Below, piece after piece: positions 9,353-17,587 of a stretch of DNA of 64,000 nt. Every line of letters starts with the position of its first letter. Positions within the stretch are counted from its first letter, which is position 1. Position numbers and translations under genes: made by a program. The notes below the pieces were generated by a model. It ran no database searches. It saw only the letters and a list, made by a program, of their open reading frames with translations, and was not told the origin of the DNA. The stretch covers positions 320,001 to 384,000 of the forward strand of contig JANNXA010000055.1 in assembly GCA_031409275.1 (NCBI GenBank). Direction: 5' to 3'. The stretch is from Planctomycetota bacterium (GTDB lineage: Bacteria; Planctomycetota; B15-G4; SIAN01).

Positions 9353-10147
9353 ATGGCGAAGCACGAATCGATCGACTGGTACGACACGCCGCTGCTCTAC
9401 GACATCGTCTTCGAAGAGGACACGAAGAAGGAGGGCGACTTCCTCGAGCAGGCGTTCGAGCGTTTCGGGCGCGTGGCGCGAGTGCGCTCGCCGCGGCGAG
9501 TGCTCGAGCCGGCGTGCGGCAGCGGCCGGCTGATCGTCGAGATGGCGAAACGTGGCTGGCGGCCGACCGGCTTCGATCTGAGCCAGCCGATGCTCGACTT
9601 CGCGGCCAAGCGCCTCGCCGATGCGGATCTCGAAGCGACGTTGAAGGTCGCGCGGATGGAGTCGTTCTCTTTTCGCGAGAAGTTCGAGCTCGCCCACTGC
9701 TTCGTCTCGACCTTCAAGTACCTGCTCGACGAGGCCTCCGCGAAGAGCCACCTCGAGGCCGTGGCGGAGGCGCTGCTGCCGGGCGGCCTCTACCTGCTCG
9801 GATTCCATCTGACCGACTACGAGTGGGATGCCTGCCAGCACGAACGTTGGGTTGGCACGCGCGAGCAGGTGAAGGTCGTCTGCAACATCCGCAGCTGGCC
9901 CCCGGAACAGGCCAAGCGCCGCGAGAAGGTGCGCTCGCGGATGACGGTGACGGAGGCGGGGCGCGTGCGCCACACCGAGACGAGCTGGTGGTTCCGCACC
10001 TACGACGCGGCGCAGGCGAAGCGGCTGCTGCGCTCGGTGCCGGCGCTGGAACACGTGGCCACCTACGACTTCTGCTACGACTGGACGCAGCCGCGCGACC
10101 TCGACGACAAGCAGCTCGACACGCTGCTGATCCTGCGCAAGCGCTGA
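9353..10147 (+). CDS. Class I SAM-dependent methyltransferase
   Basis: VLEPACGSGR motif I, GFDLSQPML, LLPGGLYLL. Confidence 0.9.
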   Translation: MAKHESIDWYDTPLLYDIVFEEDTKKEGDFLEQAFERFGRVARVRSPRRVLEPACGSGRLIVEMAKRGWRPTGFDLSQPMLDFAAKRLADADLEATLKVARMESFSFREKFELAHCFVSTFKYLLDEASAKSHLEAVAEALLPGGLYLLGFHLTDYEWDACQHERWVGTREQVKVVCNIRSWPPEQAKRREKVRSRMTVTEAGRVRHTETSWWFRTYDAAQAKRLLRSVPALEHVATYDFCYDWTQPRDLDDKQLDTLLILRKR

Positions 10148-10175
10148 ACGCTTCCGTCGGAGCGCGGCGCGCCGC

Positions 10176-11645
10176 TCAGCCGCCGCGGGCCCACTGCTCG
10201 GCGAGGCGCACGAGCGTGCGCACCCCCATGCCGTTGCCGCCCTTCGGCGTCTCCGGACGGCCACGGTCTTCCCACGCGTAGAGGTCGACGTGCGCGAAGG
10301 GCAGACCGCCGGCGAAGCGGCGCAAGAAGAGCGCCGCGGTGATCGCTCCGGCGCGCTTCTCGCTGCCGACGTGATTCACGTCCGCGATCGACGAGTCGAG
10401 GTGGCGGTCGTAGGGCTCGTGAAGCGGCAGACGCCAGACCGGCTCGTCGCTCGCGAGCGCTGCGGCCGCGACCGCGGCGGCGAGCGGCTCGTCGCTGCAG
10501 AAGAAGGCCGGCAGGTCGGGACCGAGCGCGGCGCGCGCCGAGCCGGTCAGCGTCGCGTAGTCGATCAGGCGCGCGGCCTTCTGCTCGCGCGCGTAGCCGA
10601 GCGCATCGGCGAGGAGCAGGCGCCCCTCGGCGTCGGTGTTGCCGATCTCAACCGTGGTCCCGTCGTAGGCGGTGAGGATGTCGCCAGGCCGAAACGCGTC
10701 GGGGCCGACCATGTTCTCGGCCGACGGCAGCACGGCAAGGAACGGCAGGTCGATGGCCAACTGCCCGATCGCCTCGAGCGCGCCGATCACCGTCGCCGCT
10801 CCGCCCATGTCCTTCTTCATCAGCTCCATCGCATCGGCCGGTTTCAAGTCGAGGCCACCGCTGTCGAAGGTGACCCCCTTGCCGATGAATGCCACGGCCG
10901 GCGGCGCAACGCCGCGGCGCACCAACGTCACGGTCGGCGGCTTGGCGCTCGAACGGCCGACGGCGGCGACCATGCGAAAGCCGCGAGCCGCGACCTCGGC
11001 ACCGCGCAGCACCTCGACTCCGAACCCATGGCGACGGGCCACTGCGGCCGCCGCATCGGCAAGTTGATCGGGACCGAGTTCTTCCGCGGACGCGTTCACC
11101 AGGTCCCGTGCGAGCGTCATGCCAGCGACGTGGGCACGCGCGCGGGCGAGCGCCGTCGCGGCGACCTCTGCGGGCACGGCGGCCACCAGCACGACCTCGT
11201 GCGGAGCTGCGGCGGTCGCCGGCTTGCCGCTGCGGCGAAAGCGGTAGCTCGCCAGCAGAAGGCCTTCGGCCAACGCCACGAGCGTGGCGACAGCGTCGCT
11301 GGCGAGTGGCGCCGCGGGCACGATCAGCGCGACCTGGCTGCCGGGCGCAAGCTGCTGAGCGGCGAACGCCGCCGCACTGCGCAGCGCTGCCGACGAACGG
11401 CCGGCGCCCTCGCGTCCGCACAAGAGGCCGTGGCTGCCATCGGCGGCGCTCCACGGCAACGCCTGCCCCGCCTTCGCATCGAAGCGCGTGAAGCTCGCGA
11501 GACGGGTGATGGCGGCCTGAGCCGGCGCCGATAGGCCCGGCGTTCCTTGTTCCTTCCACCGCCCCCACTCGGCGGCGTCGAGCAGGTCGACGCGCAATCG
11601 CGCCCCTGCGTCGGTTGCGATCGAGATCTTCGCCTGCTCGGACAT
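10176..11645 (-). CDS. pepA: Leucyl aminopeptidase (peptidase M17)
   Basis: GKGVTFDSGG, MKKDMGGA, NTDAEGRL, ATLTG metal/catalytic motifs. Confidence 0.93.
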   Translation of the reverse strand: MSEQAKISIATDAGARLRVDLLDAAEWGRWKEQGTPGLSAPAQAAITRLASFTRFDAKAGQALPWSAADGSHGLLCGREGAGRSSAALRSAAAFAAQQLAPGSQVALIVPAAPLASDAVATLVALAEGLLLASYRFRRSGKPATAAAPHEVVLVAAVPAEVAATALARARAHVAGMTLARDLVNASAEELGPDQLADAAAAVARRHGFGVEVLRGAEVAARGFRMVAAVGRSSAKPPTVTLVRRGVAPPAVAFIGKGVTFDSGGLDLKPADAMELMKKDMGGAATVIGALEAIGQLAIDLPFLAVLPSAENMVGPDAFRPGDILTAYDGTTVEIGNTDAEGRLLLADALGYAREQKAARLIDYATLTGSARAALGPDLPAFFCSDEPLAAAVAAAALASDEPVWRLPLHEPYDRHLDSSIADVNHVGSEKRAGAITAALFLRRFAGGLPFAHVDLYAWEDRGRPETPKGGNGMGVRTLVRLAEQWARGG

Positions 11646-11691
11646 CGTCGCGCTCCCCGTCGAAGCGCAGGAGCGTAGCGGGCGAAGAAAC

Positions 11692-11737
11692 ACTTCGCGC
11701 CGGCGTCCGGGAGGGAGCCCGAAAGCCGGCGCGAAGT
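11692..11737 (-). terminator. Probable intrinsic terminator of the metalloprotease gene
   Basis: 13-bp inverted repeat ACTTCGCGCCGGC / GCCGGCGCGAAGT followed on the minus strand by GTTTCTT. Confidence 0.6.
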
Positions 11738-11811
11738 CGATCGCGGATCGATTGCGATCGCCGCGGACGGAGCGCGGGGTGAGCCGCGCCCCGCCCGGGG
11801 ATCCGATGAAA

Positions 11812-13560
11812 CTAGTAGTAGCCCGGGTAGCCCTGAGCCTCGAAGCCCTGCTCGATGTCCGTCGAGTTGGGCGTGCCGTCGTCAATATTTCCGTTGTTGT
11901 CGTCGAGCGTCAGGATCTGCGACTCGTTCGTGTCGCAGATCTTGGTGGCGTTGTAGCCGGTGTACCACGCGTGGAAGAGCGTGTCGGCGATGAGGTCGCC
12001 GGCCGCGTCACCGAGCGAGTTGTTCAGCTCGACACGGACCTTCCAGAACGCGCCCATCAGCACTTCGCCATCGGCGTGGACTTCGCCGTAGCAGCCGGCG
12101 CCGCAGCTGCCGCAGTACTGGCGCGTGTTGTTGCCGCTGCGGATGTAGCCGCCGCCGGTGAAGAACTCATCGCCGACGATCGGATCGTCGTAGATGTACA
12201 TCGCCCATACGTCGGCCGAGCCTTCGCCAAAGCCGTCCGGGCCATTGCCCGAGCCGTACTTGTCGTTCGCCCAGTGGCCAGTCTCGTGCGCAATGACGGT
12301 CGAGTAGCAAGTGTTGTTGCAGCCGCCGCCCTTGCGGTAGTAGTTGGTCGAGCTGCCGTTGTAGTAGGCGTTGCAGCTCGAGTTCTGGTTGACGTTCAGC
12401 TTCTGCTTGAAGTCCATCTTCGTGTCGGCGGGATCGAGCGTCTTGACCCATTCCCGGAAGATCACGGCGTGGCGCTGGGCGTTCATTTCGCCCGTGTTGT
12501 ATTCCGTCGGGGAGGCGTTCAGCCCGGTGTAGTGCGTGACGCCTGGGGTGACCGAGGCGCTCTTGGTGAAGTCTGCGCCGCCCTGGTCGTCGACATGCGC
12601 GAACGTCGAGGCCGATCCGAACTCCCAGGTCACGGTCTGGGTCGAGGTGCCGCCGTAGGTGATGGTCCAAAGACCCGCCATGTCGGTGTCGGTGTTGCCG
12701 ACCGCCGAATTGACGTCGCCACGACCGAGCAGGAAACGCTGGACCGGGTTGGCGGCCGTGTCCGGCTTGGTGCCGGGAGTCGCCCACTGGCGCGTCTCAC
12801 CCTTCAGGTCGATGAGGGTGTGGATCATGTTCTCGCGCTTGAGGATCGTGCCGTCCTTCGCATCGACGTAGATCGTCTCCTGCACCGGCAGACCCTTCGC
12901 GGCATCGAAGCCGCCGTCGAGCTCGACCAGCCAGGCCAGGCGGCCGGCATTGCCGAGACCGGCACGCACGATCATGAAGTCGACGCCGACGACGCGCGCC
13001 GCGCGTCCGAAGGCGTTCATCGCCCGCATCGTGGCGACGTCATCGCCGATCGTCGGAGCGGGATTGATCTCCGCCGCGTTCGGGACGCTGTTGTTCTCGA
13101 TGCCGATGATGGCACCGTCCGCGTTGAAGAGCACCGAGACGTTGCCGCCCTTGACCGCGACGCCCGAGACCCACTGCGAGAAGTTGACCGAGACCTTGTC
13201 GGTCGAGCCGATCTTCGACAGACGGATGTGGTTGACTTCCTCGGTCAACAGCGTGGAAGAGTCCCCGCCGAAGAGACCCGGGAACGCGTCCACGAAACGA
13301 CGCGCAGCCGCCTCGTAGTCGGCGTCGCTCTGCGGCACGCCGAACAAGCGGATCGGCTTGCCGAAGATGAACGTCGGGAAACCGCTGTCGAAGTCCCAGT
13401 TCGCGCGAAGCCCCGGAACTTCGTCACGCAGCATCGCGAAGGCGGAGTCGGCATCGCTTGCCGAATACTCGCCCGCGAATGCAATCCCGGACGAGCTCAG
13501 CGCGAGTGCGCACGCCAGCCCGCTCCGCCAATTTCGACGCCCATCACCCTGTCGAGTCAT
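11812..13560 (-). CDS. Secreted thermolysin-like (M4/M36-type) zinc metalloprotease with FTP/PepSY-like propeptide
   Basis: Signal peptide; propeptide features (FSQWVSGVAV, YVDAKDGTIL); CNAYY, HETGH, GEGSAD third ligand, GEVHADG. Confidence 0.85.
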   Translation of the reverse strand: MTRQGDGRRNWRSGLACALALSSSGIAFAGEYSASDADSAFAMLRDEVPGLRANWDFDSGFPTFIFGKPIRLFGVPQSDADYEAAARRFVDAFPGLFGGDSSTLLTEEVNHIRLSKIGSTDKVSVNFSQWVSGVAVKGGNVSVLFNADGAIIGIENNSVPNAAEINPAPTIGDDVATMRAMNAFGRAARVVGVDFMIVRAGLGNAGRLAWLVELDGGFDAAKGLPVQETIYVDAKDGTILKRENMIHTLIDLKGETRQWATPGTKPDTAANPVQRFLLGRGDVNSAVGNTDTDMAGLWTITYGGTSTQTVTWEFGSASTFAHVDDQGGADFTKSASVTPGVTHYTGLNASPTEYNTGEMNAQRHAVIFREWVKTLDPADTKMDFKQKLNVNQNSSCNAYYNGSSTNYYRKGGGCNNTCYSTVIAHETGHWANDKYGSGNGPDGFGEGSADVWAMYIYDDPIVGDEFFTGGGYIRSGNNTRQYCGSCGAGCYGEVHADGEVLMGAFWKVRVELNNSLGDAAGDLIADTLFHAWYTGYNATKICDTNESQILTLDDNNGNIDDGTPNSTDIEQGFEAQGYPGYY

Positions 13561-13914
13561 GTGCTGATCCTTCTGGTGAACCTGACAAGACGCCGAAAGC
13601 GAGCCTCGCACCAGCGAGGAAGGACCCGCCGACGACGCGCCACTGAAGCAGAAGTGAAGCGGACCGAACTCGTCGATCGCGATCGAACCGGACTGCCGGG
13701 CGTAGCGCTCGGTTCGAGACTTGATCCAAAGGAAACCGTGTCGTTCCCAATGAGAAGCCGCCACATGGTAGGCACGCCCAACGATCGCGCCAGCGTTGCG
13801 TGGAGAGTCACGCCGAGCGGTCGTCCGGCCGCTAGAACTTGCGCCTTGAATGGCCTAGAGGTTGTGCGACGCTCACCGTAGGCGCGATGGTTCGAACTTT
13901 TTTCGGATCCAGCG

Positions 13915-14565
13915 ATGGCTGCCGCGGAAAACTCCGCTCCGACCCCTCCCCCGCGCCGTCTCTTCTTCGCCGCCGGGCTGCGCGCCCTGTTCCGAGGAGT
14001 CGAGTCGGCATCGACGTCGCTCCAGGGGGTCTTGCCGCAGGCGCAGAAGGCGCTGGCCAAGTTGCGCCCGCCGAGCAGCGAGCCGCTCTTGCGCCCGCCA
14101 GGAGCCCTGCCCGAGGTGACGTTCGCGGCGACCTGCCAGCGCAGCGGTGAGTGCGTGACCGCCTGCCCGGTCCACGCGTTGCGGCCGCTGCGCTCTCCCG
14201 ACCCGACGCGCGACGGGACGCCCTACCTCGTTCCGAGCCAGCAAGCGTGCGTCGTCTGCGAGGACCTGTCGTGCATGAAGGCGTGTCCGAGCGGCGCGCT
14301 GACGCTGGTGGCCAAGGAGGCGATCCGCATCGGCCTCGCCCAGGTCCACTTCGACGACTGCCGGCGCAGTTTCGGCGAGCCGTGCCGCGAGTGCGTCGAC
14401 CGGTGCCCGCTCGGCAGCGCCGCGATCCGACTCGACGAGCGCGGCCGAGTGGAAGTGAGCGCCAGCGGTTGCGTCGGCTGCGGCGTGTGCGAGTACTTCT
14501 GCCCGACCGCGCCGCGCGCGATCACGATCCAGGCTTTCGCGGCGCCTCCGGCTCGAGCCCGATGA
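13915..14565 (+). CDS. NapG/MauM-like polyferredoxin (4Fe-4S dicluster protein)
   Basis: LRPPGAL.E..F...C, GTPY, CxxCxxxxCxxxCP, CxxCxxxCP, CVGCGVCEYFCP; N-terminal RRLFF. Confidence 0.85.
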   Translation: MAAAENSAPTPPPRRLFFAAGLRALFRGVESASTSLQGVLPQAQKALAKLRPPSSEPLLRPPGALPEVTFAATCQRSGECVTACPVHALRPLRSPDPTRDGTPYLVPSQQACVVCEDLSCMKACPSGALTLVAKEAIRIGLAQVHFDDCRRSFGEPCRECVDRCPLGSAAIRLDERGRVEVSASGCVGCGVCEYFCPTAPRAITIQAFAAPPARAR

Positions 14566-15484
14566 GTTCGCACGGAATCGCTTGCTGCACGGCGTCGACC
14601 TGGTCCGCGGGCGCCTTCAACAGAGCGTCGAGACCGGCGAACAACGTCTGCACCGCCTGCTCACGCGAGTAGCTGACCAGCGCCAGCCGCGCCCCCGTCG
14701 TCCGCGCATCGGTCTGCAGCGCCGGATCGTCGCTGATGCCCGCAACGCATGCGGTCGCCGCCAGCCCGCCTCGCTTCACTGCAGCGATCGCGACCGCCGT
14801 GCTCTGCGGATCGCCCGCGATCACCGCGTCGATCCGCTCCATGCGCGCCATCAAGGCGAGCAGCCGCTCCAGCGTGTCCTCGTTCGAGAAGCCGAGGGGA
14901 TGACGCAACCGAACTTCGACCTTGCCGAGCCGCTGCTCGACCGCCCGGATCGCGAATTCGGCGCGCTTGCGCGATTCGGGCCAGCGCGCATCCTCGACCA
15001 CGATGACGCACGGCTCCGTCACGCCGTCGGCCGCCAGGCGCGCGGCCACGCGCTCGCCCGCTTCGCTGGCCAACATCGAGCTCGGGACCCCGACCCAGGC
15101 ACCGCTGAGCGCATCCCCGTGAAGCGCGAGCAGCAGCGGCACCTCGCGATCGGCCGCGAGTCGACGCGCGCGCTGCAACAGGTCGGGCGCCGCCGGAAAG
15201 AAGACGATCGCTTCGACTTTCAGATCTACGAGCGCCAGCACCGCCGCCTCGGTCGCCGTCGCACTGCCGTAGCCCGGACGCACGTCGAGCTCGCGCCCGC
15301 GGCGGCGCGCCTCGTCCAGAAGCAGCGCCTCGAGTCCATCCTGCGGCTCACCCAGGACGACGCCGAGGCGCGGCAGCGCCTTCGGTGGCGCCACTGCGCC
15401 GGGATCGGCGACCGCCGCCGGCTTGTCGCCGCACGCCGCCGCTGCCAGCGCGCACCACGACCACGCCGCGAGCCGGCGACCCAT
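14522..15484 (-). CDS. Lipoprotein, type I periplasmic-binding-protein-like
   Basis: Lipobox AAAAC; pattern LGVV..EARRRG..L..VEAIVFFP..VPLL..R...F..IDAVIA resembling sugar-binding PBP-I, but divergent. Confidence 0.6.
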   Translation of the reverse strand: MGRRLAAWSWCALAAAACGDKPAAVADPGAVAPPKALPRLGVVLGEPQDGLEALLLDEARRRGRELDVRPGYGSATATEAAVLALVDLKVEAIVFFPAAPDLLQRARRLAADREVPLLLALHGDALSGAWVGVPSSMLASEAGERVAARLAADGVTEPCVIVVEDARWPESRKRAEFAIRAVEQRLGKVEVRLRHPLGFSNEDTLERLLALMARMERIDAVIAGDPQSTAVAIAAVKRGGLAATACVAGISDDPALQTDARTTGARLALVSYSREQAVQTLFAGLDALLKAPADQVDAVQQAIPCELIGLEPEAPRKPGS

Positions 15485-15679
15485 CGTTTCACTCGCCAAT
15501 TGGAGCTCCCGATCCCTGCGACCCTTCTCGATCGGGGCGCGATCATGCAATCCTTCGGCCGCCGACCATCGGGCGCAAGGCGGGCCGCTGAATCTGAGCG
15601 ATCGCGTCCGGAGAAGCGCGATCTCGCGCGCACCCAACGCGGCTCCGGGCGGCCGCCGGGCGAGGCCGCCGATTTCTTG

Positions 15680-15695
15680 TGGCATCCGTCGTGCT
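15680..15695 (+). promoter_or_regulatory. Possible sigma54 (-24/-12) promoter
   Basis: TGGCATCCGTCGTGCT has exact GG-N10-GC spacing, about 50 bp upstream of the HEAT-repeat gene. Confidence 0.4.
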
Positions 15696-15747
15696 GTGTT
15701 CGTCTAGGTTGCTCGTCTTCTGGCCCCTTCGGTGGCGCTCTTTTCTC

Positions 15748-17523
15748 ATGTGGCTTCGCCCGCTGCGTACGCCTCTCTGCGCGCTCGCCCTCCTCGGCCT
15801 GGCGGTCGCGGCCCCCGCCGCATCGCTTCGGGGCGGCAGCGGCCTGCGCGCACAGGCTCAGCAGGCGCCGCCGGCGCCGCCTCCCGCGGCTCAGAATGAC
15901 GGCATCGCCGGCCGGCGCGAGAGCGAGGGGCCGGCACGCGACGGCTTCGATGATCGGCTGCTCCCCGACGCGCCGCGCTCGCCGTGGCGCACCTGGTTCA
16001 ACCGCAACTTCCATCGTTTCGAACCGCTGCCGCTCGCCGGCGGTGCGGGACGTGGCGGTCTGCCCCCCCACCTCGTCGACCCCAAGCTCCGCAACGAACG
16101 GATCGCCAGCTACCGCAGCGATGTCGCGACGCGCCTCGCGCTGCTGCTGCGAGATCCCGACGATCGGGTGCGCGGCGCGGCCGCGATTTCGTTCGCTCGC
16201 GGCGGCTTCGTCCATGACGCGCGCGACGTGCAGCGGTTGTTCGAGCTCGCCGATGACGAGCAGCGGCGCGTGCGCTCGCAGGCAGTGCTCGCGGCAGCTC
16301 TTGGCGAATCGAGCCCGGCGCGCCACCGGCTGCTGCAGATCGCGCACGCCGACTTCGATGGCCTGCACCTGCAGAACGAGGTCGAGCGCGATCGAATTCG
16401 GGCGCTGGCGACTTTGTTCCTCTCGCTCGACGGCGAACCAGCGCTGCCCGCGCTGGTCCGCAGTTTCGCCGAGGATCCATCGACTCCACTGCAACTGCGC
16501 GCCCTGGTGATCCAAGGGCTCGGTTTGTCGCGGGCGGCGGCGGCGCTGCCGACCCTCGCCGCGCTCGTCGACGACGTCACGCAGCCGGCGCTGGTGCGTG
16601 CGGCAGCGGCGGCCGCGCTCGGACTGCTCGGCGACCCCGCCGCAGCACCGTTGCTGCTGGCGCGACTCGATCGACGCGACAGCGACACCGACGTGCGCGC
16701 CGCTGCAGCTCTCGCCCTCGGCGCCGTCGCGCCGCGCGGCGACGAGGAGTTCGTGCGCACCCTTCTGAAGGCGACCGAACACGAGAGCAACGCGCTCGTC
16801 GGTCGGTTCCTGCTGCTCGCGCTCGGCGAAATCGGTGGCACGACGGCCCGTCTGCGCCTCGAACGTGCGCTCGAACACGAAAGTGCCGAACAGCGCGTCT
16901 TCGCCGAACTCGGACTCGGCCTGCTCGCGCGACGTGGAGACCGCGAGCAAGCGATCGCGCCGCTCGAAGGCGCGTTGCGACGCACGCGTTCCCAGGATGA
17001 GCAGTGCGCGCTCCTGTGCGCGCTCGGCATCTCCGGCGCTCCGGAGGCGTTCGGCAGCATCGCCGGCTTCCTGGAGGCGAGCGCTCCCGAGGTGCGCCGC
17101 GCGGCGATCTCGGCGTTGTCGCTGCTCGGCCTGCCCGCCGCGGTGGCGAGCCTCGAACGGCTGCTGCTCGACGATTCGGCGCCAGAGGTGCGCATGCATG
17201 CTGCGCGCGCGCTCGGCCGCCTCGACCCGAGCTGCGCCGCCTTGATGATCCATGAACTCGGTGGCGGCCGCTCGCGCGCCGCGGCCGAACGCGCGAGCCT
17301 CATCCTGGCGATCGGCTTCACCCGCGACCCGGTCGCGCTCGAGCCTCTGCTGGAGCTCCTTCGCGAACCCGGCCACACTTCGCGCGAGCGCGAAGCCGCA
17401 ACGCAAGCGCTCGGCCTCATCTACGACGAACGGCAGCTGCCGCCAGGGCTGCCGCTGGTGGCCAGTCGCAGCTTCCTGAACGAGTCGTCCGAACTCGCCG
17501 AGCTCACCACGCTGGCCGAATGA
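15748..17523 (+). CDS. Secreted HEAT/PBS-lyase repeat protein
   Basis: Signal peptide; repeated D..VR..AA.ALG.L units. Confidence 0.85.
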   Translation: MWLRPLRTPLCALALLGLAVAAPAASLRGGSGLRAQAQQAPPAPPPAAQNDGIAGRRESEGPARDGFDDRLLPDAPRSPWRTWFNRNFHRFEPLPLAGGAGRGGLPPHLVDPKLRNERIASYRSDVATRLALLLRDPDDRVRGAAAISFARGGFVHDARDVQRLFELADDEQRRVRSQAVLAAALGESSPARHRLLQIAHADFDGLHLQNEVERDRIRALATLFLSLDGEPALPALVRSFAEDPSTPLQLRALVIQGLGLSRAAAALPTLAALVDDVTQPALVRAAAAAALGLLGDPAAAPLLLARLDRRDSDTDVRAAAALALGAVAPRGDEEFVRTLLKATEHESNALVGRFLLLALGEIGGTTARLRLERALEHESAEQRVFAELGLGLLARRGDREQAIAPLEGALRRTRSQDEQCALLCALGISGAPEAFGSIAGFLEASAPEVRRAAISALSLLGLPAAVASLERLLLDDSAPEVRMHAARALGRLDPSCAALMIHELGGGRSRAAAERASLILAIGFTRDPVALEPLLELLREPGHTSREREAATQALGLIYDERQLPPGLPLVASRSFLNESSELAELTTLAE

Positions 17524-17547
17524 GCATGCGCCTCGGTCGGCAACGAC

Positions 17548-17587
17548 CGACTCATGGCGACTTCGGGCGACTACAGGCGACTACAGG
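17548..17587. repeat. Tandem 10-bp repeat x4 (CGACTnnnGG)
   Basis: CGACTCATGG CGACTTCGGG CGACTACAGG CGACTACAGG, preceded by the GCAA-loop hairpin 17533-17550. Confidence 0.7.

Noticed and set aside
5530..9387. 1285-aa antisense ORF (and the 1167-aa alternative-frame ORF 6030-9533) over metH
   Set aside because: Shadow ORFs expected from high-GC codon bias; no motifs; they overlap a clear metH.
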